Source of the DNA: Squalus acanthias | Taxonomy: Eukaryota | Reading direction: 5' to 3' | DNA: 64,000 nt | Assembly: GCA_030390025.1 (NCBI GenBank) | Contig: CM059431.1 | Coordinates: 104,844,001 to 104,908,000, forward strand | Part shown: in pieces, positions 37,651 through 50,689 of the stretch | How positions within the stretch are numbered: position 1 is the stretch's first letter | Layout: every line of letters begins with the position of its first letter | The notes under the pieces: generated by a model | Told to the model about the DNA's origin: nothing | The model's database searches: none | What the model saw: the letters and a program-made list of their open reading frames with translations, nothing else | Position numbers and translations under genes: made by a program

Positions 37651-37830
37651 TAGAAAGAACTTGCATTCATTTGGTGCCTTTCATGACCTTAGGACATGGC
37701 AACGCAATTCACAGCCAATGAAATATTTTTTGAAGTGTAGTCACTGTTGTATTGTAGGAAACGTGACAGCCAATTTACGCACAGCAAGGTCCCTCAAACA
37801 GCAATGAGGTAAGTGACCAAATAATGTGTT
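37651..37830 (-). mobile_element. Deu-SINE 3' fragment
   Basis: Matches the 3' half of the other copies. Confidence 0.75.
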
Positions 37831-38321
37831 GGTTAAAGGTTAAAAACACCGCTCCTCACCGGGAGCACCCGATCACGGACGCAGCCCTGATACGTGCTCC
37901 TGAAGCTTTATTTGGGCAGGGCATGATAAAGGCATAAATTTGCCCCAAGGACATGACACACAGTGCACAGAGAATTCTTAACTCGGAGCATTGGGTGCTA
38001 GAACAGGTGCAATGCAGTGCACTGCTGTAGATCGTTCAAGCATAACGACTGCTCCACAATCCTCTGTGACCTTTCTCGGTAAAAGATTTTTCTTGCCATG
38101 ATGCACAGACCTCAGCTAGCACTGCTGCTGTGGTAATTATCCACACCCACAAACTGAGCATCCAACTGCTGATATAGCTACTCGTCCAGTACGGTTCTTA
38201 CAGAGTGTTCACCGTACCAATCGTTAATTTGAAACTGTTGTAAATAAATTCTAGGATTACAAGGGCGAAACCACCACCAACACAAATATTAGATAGAAAC
38301 ACACATTTCATTCATTCACAG

Positions 38322-38780
38322 TGTCAGCTGTGGCTCAGTGGGTAGCACTCATGCTTCTGAGTTAGAAGGTTGTGGGTTCAAATCCCACTCCATAGGAACT
38401 TATAACACATAAATCTAGGCTGACACTGCCGAGGGAGTGCAGCACTGTCGGAGGTGCCGTCTTTCGGATAAGATGTTAAACTGAGGCCCCGTCTGCTCTT
38501 TCAGGTGGACATAAAAGATCCCAAGGCACTATTTTGAAGAAGAGCAGGGGAGTTATTCCTGGTGTCCTGGGCCAATATTTATCCCTCAATCAACATCAGA
38601 TTATCTGGTCATTATCACATTACTGTTTGTGGGAGCTTGCTGTGCGCAGATTGGCTGCTGCGTTTCCCGCATTACAACAGTGACTACACTTCAAAAAAGT
38701 ACTTCATTGGCTGCAAAACGCTTTGAGACGTCCGGTGGTTGTGAAAGGCGCTATATAAATGCAAGTCTTTCTTTCTTTCT
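38322..38780 (+). mobile_element. Deu-domain SINE (SacSINE1-like), full length
   Basis: Head, Deu domain and tail aaaggcgctatataaatgcaagtctttc. Confidence 0.9.
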
Positions 38781-38821
38781 GTGAACTCGTTGTTTTAAAG
38801 GTCTGCAAGACCTCAGATAAT

Positions 38822-39531
38822 GGGCTGGAAATTGCGGTCGGAGGCTTCCGAACCGCAAGTAAAGTACGCACCTACCTGGTGCCTCCCTACCTTCGGACTC
38901 TCGCGCTCCTGGGCCTGCGGGCGTACGCCTGCGTAAAGTCCCAGATGCGCAGGCGGTTCGCAAGTGTCCCAGGATCACGTGGGCCAGCCCAACCAATCGC
39001 AAAGGGGGGATTCCCATTGTGTTTATGGGGATTCCAGTTACGTACGGAATCACCATGAGTATAATAGGAATGACATAAAAAACACACTTTCACCCCAATT
39101 AAATAAAAATAAACCACCACATAGTCAAAATTAATCAAAATACAATTTAATTAAACATTTAAAACAAAAATTAATTTAAACATTTTTAAAGGGGCCAAAC
39201 ATAACCTAAACTAATTTTAAAGGTTTTTGGATGTTTAAATGATTTTAAAAAAATGTTTTAATATTTATTTAAATCCTTATGCTGGTAAAAGAAGGCCCTA
39301 CGCCTGCTTTTACCAGGCGTAAGAGGTTCGTGGACGTTCGCTGGGCAATAGTTGGGGCAAATTGCCCAACTCTCCGCCAGCGAATGTCCATTTCCTGCGC
39401 ATTCTGTCAAGCAGAAACTTGACAGATCGCAAGTTCCGGGTTTTCGCGCATGCGCGTCGCACACGGAGACCCGAGACTTGCGGGGCCCTTACGACCACGT
39501 ACGCCTTCATAGGCCCCGGAAAATCTGGGCC
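38822..39531. mobile_element. Harbinger-type MITE
   Basis: TIRs GGGCTGGAAATT / AAAATCTGGGCC. Flanks AAT/TAT. Confidence 0.8.
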
Positions 39532-39779
39532 TATATGTTTATGCTGCGATGTAGCTATTCCATATAATTCATGAACAGAGTCATTAACCTAAGCATTACT
39601 GTGTTACTGTGTTATGAAAACTGTAAACAGTATAAAAAAGATTAGTTCTTCACTCAAGAAAAACTCAGGACTTGTTTTCTGTCTTTTATATTGCACAAGT
39701 CTTTTGTCATCGAACCTCAGGGCAGGGCATTGAAATTCTGCACTCTCTGCTGCCATTACATGGATTCAGTCCTTGTCAG

Positions 39780-40660
39780 TGTGAAGTAGGACACTTTCCC
39801 AGTCTAACATAATAAGACACCATGAGATATTTCCGGACACGGCCAAACTCTACTTCAGCATTCCAAAGATACACTCTCCAACTGACCTGAAGCATTTGCC
39901 TGTTTGATTGAAATGTGACTTTACTTCTTCGGGATTCGAACTGGTGTCAGCCACTGCTTTGGACCAACACCTCGGTCACTTAAGAGCCACCTGTTAACAT
40001 GATCATCATCTTCAAACAAGGCTGGGTCACATAAATTGCGTGGAATAAGGGAACCTTGCAGCACTCAACTTACAGATATTCCACGTGCTGTACATTGAGA
40101 ACCATCCCCTTACAGTTGATGTGGCCAGAGAATTTTCAGAGGGTGCCTGGAAAAAAAAGAAAGAAAAGAAATTGCATTTGTATAGCGCCTTTCACGACCT
40201 CAGGACGTCCCAAAGCGTTTACAGCCGAAGAGGTACTTTTGAAGTGTAGTCACTGTTGTAATGTAGGAAACGAGGCAGCCAATTTGCGCACAGCAAGCTC
40301 CCACAAACAGCAATGACATAATTAGCAGATAATCTGTTTTTAGTGATGTTGGTTGAGGGATTAATATTGGCCAGGACACCAGGGAGAACTCCTCTGCTCT
40401 ACTTTGAATAGTGCCGTGGGATCTTTTATGTCCTCCTGATAGGGCAGATGGGGCCTCGTTTTAACGTCTCATCCAGAGAGATGGATATCAATATCCGTGC
40501 AGTCAAGCCCCACCCCCCCCCCCTGCTTCTGAAGACCCAGCAATAATACTGAACCTCTCGATGCTTTGACCTTTGTTCTTTTTCTGGAAATGAACGAACT
40601 GTAACAAAAGCCTCAGTCACCTTCTGAACACAGCTAGTCATTGTTGCTCTGGCCATCATT
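39780..40660 (-). pseudogene. Ancient Harbinger transposase relic, split by a SINE
   Basis: Frameshifted minus-strand peptides SCVQKVTEAF..SFP, IAG..LDCTDI, APSEN..INCKG..LNVQ, WLLSDRG..QWLTPVRIP and ECIFGMLK, collinear with the 10994-12154 transposase. Confidence 0.7.
40160..40476 (-). mobile_element. Deu-SINE, 5'-truncated
   Basis: Matches the 3' two-thirds of the other copies. Confidence 0.85.
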
Positions 40661-41308
40661 TTAGGGAAGGCTAAATGACAAAGTGCGCAGGTACGCTATC
40701 CTTTTAACACTGAGTTCTGGGATTCAATTTAGTTCCTGACTGATGGGCGTCTAAAGTTTCAGCTTCGAGGGCTGCCCGGACATCCAGCTCCTGTCGCAGG
40801 GACCTCGCACAGCTGGCAGTGACCTTCGAGTGACCGCGCCAGATACGCCAAGGACCGCCACCAGGAAGAATCTATTCTTTCCTGGGTCATCCTGCCCTCC
40901 AGCTTCAGTAGATCCTAAAAGTTTGCTCTACGGTTGCCTCCGACACATGAATCGGCAGCTGGCATCTCTAGCACCTCACCCAGCGCAACAAAAATCAGTC
41001 CAATTCTAGCCTCTTGCACATGCCCGAGTTCCTTCGCCGCTTCATTGGCGGCCGTGCTTTCAGCCGTCTAGGCCCTAAGCTCATAAATTCCCTCTCTAAA
41101 CTTCTCCGCCTCGCTACCTCTCTCTCTTCTCCTTTAAGACGTTCCTTAAAACCTTCCCTGACTGACCTGTTTGGACACCATCCACACCTGTGATTGCCGT
41201 GATTGTCTCTCTGCCGAGGTGTGATAAAGGGCAGTTAGAAAGATTAACTGTAATCATCTGGCAGTGTTCTCTGACTATATATGCTGTGCCCATATGTATT
41301 TCTTCACT

Positions 41309-41345
41309 TCACCTGACGAAGGAGCAGCGCTCCGAAAGCTTGTGA
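41309..41345 (+). ncRNA. Minimal hammerhead ribozyme in a PLE terminus (about 41200-41430)
   Basis: TCAC-CTGACGA-A-GGAGC-agc-GCTCC-GAA-AGCT-T-GTGA, followed by the same terminus as 29696-29778. Confidence 0.85.
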
Positions 41346-41430
41346 TTTCAAATAAAGCTGTTGGACTATAACCTGGTGTTGTGCGACTTTTCACATTTGT
41401 CCACCCCAGTCCAACACCGGCATCTCCACA

Positions 41431-41941
41431 CCAAATCAGATACAGAAAGAGAAATAAAGAGAAGGAAAGCGAGATTGGATTAAAAGAGATAAAAAAGAGA
41501 CAGAAAGGGAAAGTAAGGAAACATTTTGTTTAAATGCAAAACTTGACATTTTTTAAATTTCCTAAAATAATTCACAACCTGAAGGAATGAGACTCCACAC
41601 TTAGTTTTTGGTGCCAGAGAGGTTGATTTGCAGTTATTAACACTTATCACATCATTAAAAGGGTACTTACACTTGTAATTACTAGCCGTAAGGATCTGTG
41701 GTGAGTTTAGTTCATTTTTACCACGCAAATACAGCAACTTCACGCCGTTCAATGATGAGGCAGATAGCGCAATGCCGTTTTCCCAAAGCTAACAGCGGAG
41801 CAGTGCAACTCGCACAGCAACTTTTGATATTCGCGTTTAACCGTGCACCTGCCCCCTCGCCTGAAGTTTCTGTACCATTTACGCATAACTAATGGTGAGC
41901 GCCATTAGCCTCACCGCTATTTTGACAGCAAAATCTGGGCT
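41431..41941. mobile_element. Partial Harbinger-type MITE related to 22650-24877
   Basis: Shared agaaagagaaataaagag...gattggatt block. End CAGCAAAATCTGGGC. Confidence 0.65.
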
Positions 41942-42779
41942 AGAAATGAAAGGAAGCAAAGTTTACAACATAAATAAAAGTGAGAAAAAAAGCCGGTAAA
42001 TTTCTGAAAATCTGATGCAAAAATGGAAAATGCAGGAAATACACAGTGAGCCTATCAGCATCTGTGAAAAGAAAAGACAAGCTCATGTTTTGGGTGTAAT
42101 CCTTTATCGGAATCTCTCAGTTTTCAGGTTTCATGAAGGGATTGTGTGATATCTTGAGACACAGCATATATATACAACAGCACAACATGGCTTCCAGTAA
42201 GAACTGCACTGCATATGGCTTTATTATTATATACATCAGTAGTCTACCAGGTGGCCTTCGTACACTTCTCCCTTTTTATTGAAGAAGTTAATCATAGCAA
42301 ATAATCAATATACATGACTTGCTTGGTATACACAACTCTTGGTATACATTTCTTAAATGGAACCTGTTTTACGTTTCCAAATTCTACTATAGAATTCTGT
42401 ACCACAAACAAAGGATATGAACTTATTTTCCAGATTAAACTTAACCACTGGTTTTCTGTTTCGAAGAGGGTACCTTCTTTCTTGAACAGAACTTTCAGAT
42501 CTTGTTGCAGGACTTTGACTCATTCTAGGCTGAGCCTGCGGAGAATTTTTCTCCAAGGGCTGACCTTGATCTACATTTGGACTCTTTACACTTTCAGACT
42601 GTTTGTCTGCCTGACTCAGGCTCAGACTTAAATTCTGGCTTTGTCTTGGACTTGTTTCTGGTACGTCTGATGTAGGATTTGCTCCTGGTACTCTACTTGT
42701 AACAAGACTATCTGACTCATCAGAATAAATTTATTCATCCCAGCTTTCAACTCCTTCCACATCTGTAGGTAAGATATGA

Positions 42780-45700
42780 TCAATGTGAACAAACCTTTCC
42801 ATGATCAAACATCTTGACCAAATATGTGTGGGGGCCACATATCTTCCCTACTCTTCCTGGTAACCACTTTAACTATTTATGGTGATGGTTCTTCACTCTA
42901 ACCATCTGTTTCAACTTCACACTTCTTTCTCTAACTCTACCTTTATCATGACTCTCTTTCTGCCTTGATTGTTTCTCTTCTACGGACTGCCCCAAGTTTG
43001 GCTTTAACAACGAGAACCTGGTTCATGGCTGTCATTTGGAAACAACTCTGCTGGTTTTCTACCAGTAGTGGTATGAGGATTATTCCGATAGGTAATCAGA
43101 CAATTTGCCAGTTTGTGGTCCAACGACAACTGACGTTTCTTTGGATTTGGATCCAACATTTGTTTGATGAGGGCACATTTGACAATTTGTACTGTGCACT
43201 CTGCTGCACCTTTTGAAGCAGGGTGGTATGGTGGAACTTTGGTATGTTTCACACGATTTCTGCTCATGAACTGTGTGAACACTTCTGAACAAAATTGCGG
43301 CCCATTATCAGACACAATTTCTTCTGGGAGGCCGTATGAAGAAAACAATCTTCGCAAATTGTCTAGTGTTTTGCTTGTTGATATTATCCGCATCGGAAAC
43401 ACCTCTACACGCTTCGAGTGACTATCTATCACTATGAACAATTGCTGTCCTTCTAGCTCAGCAAAATCTACATGTAGCCTTTGCCACACTCTGGGAGGCC
43501 ATTTCCATGGCTGTAATGGTACTGATGGTGGTTTCTTGCTCACCGATTGACATGTTGTACACTGACTGACTATGTACTCTATCTCTTTATCTAAACCTGG
43601 CCACCATAAGTAACTGCGTGCAAAGCTCTTGGTCAAGCACATTCCTAAGTGCTGGTCATGAAGATCTCCTAACAGTTTAGACCTGAACCTATTTGGGATA
43701 ACCACTTTTGCTCCCCACATGATACAATCTTTATCCACTGACAATTCATTCCTATGAATGAAGTATGGATGGGTATCTTCCTCTGATACCTGGTTTGGCC
43801 ATCCATTTGCTATGTAATCCTACACCTTTGACATAATTGGGTCATGTTTGGTTGCCTCTACCAATCTCTTCAGCTGTGACTGGCAGCTCATCAATGTATG
43901 AGAAATAGAAAACTTCTTCCTTATTGGGTGTAACTTGTGATGGGGATGGCAACCTGGACATAGCATCAGCATTATTGTACTCAATGTACGCTGACAAAAT
44001 CAAAGCCCATCTCTGCATTCAGGCTGCAGCTAAGGTTGGAACTGGGGACGTTGGATGGAGGATTGCAGTCAGGGGCTTATGGTCAGTAACTATGGTAAAC
44101 TTATGACCAAACAAGTATTTGTGAAACTTCCTGACCCCAAATATCAATGTCAAAGCTTCCCTTTCGATCTGCGCATAATTCCACTCACTGGCACTGAGAG
44201 TGCGTGAAGCAAAAGCAATTGGTCTCTCCTCCCCACTATCTAGTACATGAGAGATCACTGCCCCAACTCCGTACGGAGAGGCGTCACACGCTAGCTTGAT
44301 CTCCTTAGATACATCATAGTGAACTAACATGGTACTCTCTACAACTGGCTTTTACACTCTTTGAATGCTGTGTTGCATTCTTTTGACCACTTCCAAGGGA
44401 CCTGTTTTCTCAACAGCTCATTTAGTGGATATAACAATGTAGCCAAGTTTGGGAGGAACTTTCGGTCATAATTCAAAAGACCCAAAAATGATCGAAGTTC
44501 AGAAAAATTCTTGGAAGTCGGTGCATTTCTGATTGCATCCAGCTTCCCCTTGGTTGGATGTAAACCATCTTTGTCTACTCTGTGCCCTAAGCACTCCGCT
44601 GAGTTTTGAAACAACTCACACTGGTGAGCTGTCACTCGTACTCCGTGCTTCTCTAGCCGTTTGAGCATTTCATTCAACACCTCATCATGGATTTGCCTGT
44701 TTGGTGCTGAAACGAGTATGTCATCCAAATAACACACTACCCCTTCAATCCCTTGTAAAATTTGGTTCATCACCCCCTAGAATATGTATGGGGCAGAAGA
44801 CACTCCAAATGGTAGCCTATTGAACTGATACAGGCCTCGGTGAGTATTTATAGTCAAGCATGACTTGGACTCTTCATCTAACTCATGTTCTAGGTAGGCG
44901 TTTGTTGGATCTAACTTCGAAAAGATCTGGCCACCTGTCAGCGTTGTGAACAAATCTTCCACATTTGGCAAAGTATTGGGTAGATTACACTCTAGAACCT
45001 GGTTTATGGTTACCTTATAATCACCACACAACCTTACCTTACCATCTGACTTAGGTACAACAACAATGGGTGTAGCCCAATTACTCAGATCTACCTTAGA
45101 GATAATGTTCTCAGTTTCTAGTCTTTTGAGTTCTTGCTCAACTTTCTCCTTGAGTGCGTATGGTACGGGACGTGGCTTGCAGTAAACTGGTCTTGCGTCC
45201 TTCTGCACTCTGACACTCACCTTGAAGTCTTGGATCGGACTGCCCATTTTGCTGAACACCTTCGGGTACTGCTTGATGACATCATCTTTCAATGCAAATT
45301 TCACTTCCACACGAACAATCTCATTCCAATCCAGCTTCAGTGATCCAACCAATTTCTACCTATCAAGGCAGGCTTGTCTCCTGCCACTACTATGAGAGAC
45401 AAGCTCTGAAACTGATCCTTGTATTTCACTGGTATGGTGACACTTCCTACTACAGGGATTTGCTCTCCTGAGTAGCCTCACAGCTCTACCTTCGATTTTT
45501 CTAGTCGATAATCATGTAACTTGTCGCGATATAGTGATTCCGTTACTACGTTCACGGATGCACTAGAGTTGATTTCTGTTTCCTACGACATCTACTTGGA
45601 TGACGATACCTCGCGAATCGCTGTTAGATACCTTCGTGCTGCTGATGACGTGAATCTCTAGAAACTCCTCGTCCTGCTGCTTCTCTTCAATGGCATTGTA

Positions 45701-47299
45701 AGAACCGGATCACAGACTCACACAACAGGGCTTTAGAAGTTGTAAAGCTTTTATTAAAGAGCTACAGTTTTAAAGCATAATCAGATATTACATATGGTTT
45801 AAGCTGAGTATAATAGAGATACAACCCGTGACAGTAGAGAGCGATCTACGACTCCCGAAGCGGAACGCCACGACCGTACGGACGGTTGGTTGGATGTCTG
45901 ATGAGGCAGCGTGGAGGTCTCGGGTCAGCGAGTCTCTGCAATCAGCGCAGCAGTCACTTCTGTTGATTCATCCCCCGGGCTGTTGGAGGTGTTAGGCATA
46001 AGCCAGCATTGATCCACCTCAGAGGCTAAACTTAGTCAAGGTGTTAGGCCTCAGGCAGCATTGATTTCCACCTCGAAGAAGCCTTTGGCCTTCGCTGTCT
46101 GATTCCCTCTCTCAGCCCTCGATATTTATAGTTATTTTGGTGGGCTGTGATCTATCTAGTGTCAATCATCTATAATCCAAGTGTGGTGCGGGAAGACATT
46201 TCTCACTGCCCCTTTCTGCATGGCTGACAAGGCCTTTCTCTTATCTTTCTGAGGAATGTTTTGTTATGTTTCTTTAAGGACATTTTATGACTTTTCGGCT
46301 TCATTTTGTCTAGCTATGGTACCACCACCTGTGTTGTCTTGCATTTTACGATCCCCTTATCACTTTCAGGCCTTTCGGTGTTTGTTATTTGACCTTGCTG
46401 ACACTTCCCCCATTTATTCCTGACTGCAGTTTTAATTTCTGTTCTAAGAGTCAAACTTCATCTATGAATCTAATAGCTGTTTCTTACAGTATGTAGTGTC
46501 TGACGATTTCTACTTCTAGCATTGCCAGTCGGTTTACTCTTCTGTCGGCACGCCTTCGCAAGATGCCCAGTTTTCTTGCAGTAGAAACACTCTGCCTTCA
46601 CATATGGACAGCTTTGAGCGATGTGTTGTCCCAGGCACTGATAGCATGATTTCAATGCACTGTTACCTTGGCCAGTTGCTGAAGTTTTGGGGCCCAACTG
46701 CCTTTTACTTTTAGCCTGCGGCCGATTCACCTCGGTTGTCTGACGACTGGAAATGGCGCGGAACTCTCGGGAATATCGGTCGGCCATATCCATCGACATA
46801 GCTGTCTGACAAGCTAAGTCAAAAGTCAAGTTAAGGCTTGTCAACAATTTACTTATGATACGTTCATTTTTCAACCCACAAACAAAGCGGTCACACAAAG
46901 CTCGGTCCTGAAAGTTTCCAAAATGACAGTGAATGGATGTTTTTTTTAAAGCTGCATACCCTCGTGATTTAATTGATCGCTTGTTCCAAAACGATAACTT
47001 TCAGCAATTTCCAGGGGCTCAGGATTGTAGTGCTGTTCTAACTTGGTTAGGACCTCCTTCAGTGGCGTGTCCTTCGGCTTGGAGGGAACAAACACATTTT
47101 TTAGGGTTTCATACACCTCAGGGCCTGCTTCAGTCAAAAAAAAAGCCCGTTTCATTTCTAAAACCGCCCGGTTACGGTTTACATCATCGGGGACTTTGAC
47201 GATACTATTTGCGGTGAAAAACATTTCTAGCCGCTCCACATATGCTCCGAAAGTCTCTCGGTCGCAATGGAACTCACCCAAGCAGCCTATTATTCCCAT
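42780..47299 (-). pseudogene. Gypsy gag-pol polyprotein, disrupted by frameshifts, stops and an insertion
   Basis: ORFs 46946-47299 and 46470-46898 (gag), 44777-45352 and 44339-44773 (RT), 44019-44330 (RNase H), 43004-43744 (integrase). Confidence 0.9.
45697..46488 (-). mobile_element. Solo LTR, family B, inserted in Gypsy gag
   Basis: TGTAAGAA...TTCTTACA ends, flanks GCAT/GTAT, minus-strand TATAAATA and AATAAA. The gag frame (QTLHAIEEKQQ) is restored on removal. Confidence 0.85.
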
Positions 47300-48509
47300 A
47301 GACCGGCCATCTGGATTCGGGCAACGTCGACAGTTCAGCCACGTGTGTTCGAAATTTACCTCGGATTTTTAAGTTTTTCTGCAAAACAAAGAACCTCTAA
47401 CAATCCCTCCGTCGGTTGGCAGGATTATCCTCCAACAAAAATTTCAGCTAGGGAATCCGCAATTGCATCCTCATCGCCAATTCTGTGATATCTTGAAACA
47501 CAGCATATATATACAACAGCAGAACATGGATTCCGGTAAGAACTGTACTGCATATGGCTTTATTATTATATACATCAGTCGTCCACCAGGTGGTTCTATT
47601 ACAGATTGCACACTCAGAACGCCACAAAATGTCTTTTGATTTACACATTCTAAGTGGCCTGCTGTGTGTTTTCAGTATTTGCTGTTTTAAAGTTCTTCGC
47701 ACGTTTGCACGAATAGTTCACAATGACATTTGCACGCGTGCTCTTTGCAGTTGTCCAGTGCTGCTATCAGTCAGTGGAAGAGGCTATGATCTGTTCTCTC
47801 TATTGCTTTGCTTGCAGGAACTCAACTGCGGACCCGAATAGGTTACTTTGGTGGAACGGAGACTATAATCCTCATCGAAAGTGAGACATGTTTTGTGATC
47901 TTACCGCTTGTCAGATATCGTAAGTGAGAAAAATCACACCTTGTTCTGTTGCTGCCAGAACTGGAAAGGCTGCGGCATTTCTGCTATCAGAAAGACGAGG
48001 ACCCGATATCAAAAGGGACTGGAAGGAAGCATCTGTGGTGCTGTGTGAGAGACTGTTAGGGGTATGCGTTGAAGGGCTGTCAAACTCATTATTACAACAT
48101 AGACCAACGCACAGTGTGCTCAAGCAAGACATTATTAATTTTGGTCCCTTTTTGTCAACACATAGCCGTCAAAATAGAAAAGGGTAATTTTCTCTCTTTG
48201 TGCTCCCTGTGTTCTTCAATGACAGCACATGTTGGAAATTCGAGTCTATGATGTTCCGACCATTAAATTAATTGCATCGCACGCACCTGTATTCGCATTG
48301 CGAGCTCTCGGTGGGTGCGGTTCACCCACTGGGAGCACAAACTCGGAAAAATGCAGACTGCCGGGAAAGATCATTTTATCCTTGTTAACTCGTGTTGCCT
48401 CTTGTTACAATTCGGGTGCGCTCCAGATACTTTTACTCCTGCCCAGTGCAAAGGGTCATCCTTCACAGGTACGTCCACGGGCTCCCTATTACCCACAATA
48501 TGAACTTAC

Positions 48510-49680
48510 AACAGCAACAACAACAACACCTCGCATTTATACAGCGGGACAGAGTTTCCGCTCCGGGCGCAATCGGCAATCCGGGCGCAAATTGCGCCAG
48601 TTTTCTGAATTGAACTTTGTGCTCGAGTTTCTGCTCAAATGCATTTGCATATCGCTGTACGTAAAATCTTCCATGAACCAGCGCCACCGGGCAGCGTTTT
48701 GAAACGTAATCATCTTTTATTTTCTTGCGTTAAAAAATATTTCTTGATGTATTTCAAGAGTGGTAACCAATGCTCCCGTTAAGCTGCGTGGCCGCACGGT
48801 CACGCAGCGCTCTGGAGGTCTCGGGCAGGTCATTCATCGCCTTTTCAATAGAAATAACCGTCCCCGTGCGAGAAATTGAAAGGGCCGCACAGCCAGTTAA
48901 AGGGCCCGCGCACCCAAATAAAATTACAGGGCGCATTGGTGGTAACCTGGTACAGTTTTATTAATACCGCTGAAAATGGGTTTATCACGAAAAATAAGCC
49001 GAGTCCTCCACCTGTGAGAAACCTCATCTTAAATCACTGAAAATGACTTAAAAAAACTGTACGGAACCATTTACTAGGCACACTGGTGTACAGTAGTCAG
49101 TTTCTTAGTAAATATTTTTTTTTTTAAATATTTAAAAGCTTTACAATGTTCCTATTAGTGTCCTTGTGCCTAAAAGAAACCAGCTTAATTTCTGGAGCCT
49201 CCTCGAAGGTCCGCAAACGCAATTAGCAGAAACTCGCCAATGGTCATTAATTCGACCTGGGGGGGTGTGGCCAGTTTTGTGGGTGGGGCCGGCTTCCAGC
49301 GCGATGTTTTTTTAAACCAGCGCAAAAAGATGGCGGAAACTCGATTTGCGCTGGACGCAACTTGCGCTTGAAATTCCTCGCTCTTTAGCGCTGGTTTGGC
49401 CGATTTAGGGCGGATCTATCGGAAACTCTACCCCAGCACCTGTAACGTAGTGAAATGTCCCAAGGCGCTTCACAAAATTTGAGACCGAGCAACATAAGGA
49501 GATATTTGGGCAGGTGACCAAAAGCTCGGTCAGAAAGGTAGGTTTTAAGGAGCGTCGTAAAGGAGGAGAGAGAGGTAGTGAGGCGGAGAAGTTTAGGGAG
49601 GGAATTCCAGCGCTTAGGGCCCTGGCAGCTGAAAGCGTGGCTGCCAATGGTGAAGCGATGAAAATCGGGGATGCGCATGA
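48510..49680 (-). mobile_element. L2 LINE 3' end, split by a MITE
   Basis: (CAA)n tail at 48510-48530. IGSHAFSCQGPKRWNSLP..FTTLLKTYL peptide. Confidence 0.8.
48546..49434. mobile_element. Harbinger-type MITE
   Basis: TIRs GGGACAGAGTTTCCG / CGGAAACTCTACCCC. TSD AGC on both sides. Confidence 0.88.
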
Positions 49681-49988
49681 AGTAAAACGGAAGTGTGGAC
49701 TACAATGTTAATGTTACTGCTGCGGTTTTCACTGCAATAAAGTACAAGTTACCACCAAATGCCCCGATCCCTCTAACTCACCGACGAATGATACTCTGGC
49801 AAACGGCATATCTCAGGCTGCAAAGTGTGAAACAGATTTATTAAAAAACAAAACTAGAACAAGAAAGATCCAAACAACAGCAACTGGATAAATCAGTGCT
49901 TTATAAAATCTGTAACAATAAAACATCTCGCTCTGGCTGTCCTCTGTAGTATTACACTTTAGCATTGGACCTGCAGATGATGCGATGA

Positions 49989-50420
49989 CAGTGGGTAGCA
50001 CTCTCACCTCTGAGTCAGAAGGTTGTAGGTTCGAGTCCCACTCCAGAGACTTGAGCACAAAAATCTAGGCCGACACTCCCAGTGCCAGTACTGAGGGAGT
50101 GCCGCACTGTTGGAGGTGCCATCTTTCAGATGAGTAGTTAAACCAAGGCCCCGTCTATTCTCTCAGGTGGACATATAAGATCAGTATTTTGAAGAAGAGC
50201 AGTGGACTTCTCCCCTGTCCTGGCTAATATTGGCTCCCCTTGTCCCTCAACCAGCATCACTCAAACCGATTATCTGGTCGTTTATTTAATTGCTGTTTGT
50301 GGGACCTTGTGTGCAAATTGGCTGCCGCATTTGCTACATTACAACAATAATTCATTTGCTGTGAAACACTTGGAGATGCCCTGAGGTCATGAAAAGTGCT
50401 TTATAAATGCAAGTCTTTCT
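49989..50420 (+). mobile_element. Deu-domain SINE
   Basis: Matches the other copies. Confidence 0.85.
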
Positions 50421-50689
50421 ATCTTTCATACATTTGAAATTGGATATTCACAGAGCGTTGCACTCGCCCAGCTCATTCGATGCTAAGTGAGCAGAGATTC
50501 ACAGAAGAAACTTTGAGGCGGAGCAACAGTTATACTTTCTTATAAAGTCCAAACTGAGACAAATGCAAACCAAAAGGATATCTTTCACGATTAAATAAAG
50601 CTGTCAATCCCAAATAGGTTTCCAAGGCACACTCTCTGACAAGCTACCAGCCATGCAATCCACATCGCTTTAGGATATAACAAGCTGTC

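Larger units (their letters stand above)
42145..47603 (-). mobile_element. Full-length decayed Gypsy/Ty3 (Mag-like) LTR retrotransposon
   Basis: 120-bp LTRs at 42145-42264 and 47484-47603. 5-bp TSD GATTG. PBS TGGCGATGAGGATG (tRNA-Ser-like), PPT AAAAAGGGAGAAG. gag with two CCHC knuckles, RT YLDD, RNase H CDASPYG, integrase HHCC and SDNGPQF. Confidence 0.95.

Noticed and set aside
38322..38400. tRNA genes at SINE heads
   Set aside because: A and B boxes continue into SINE bodies, with no complete cloverleaf or terminator.
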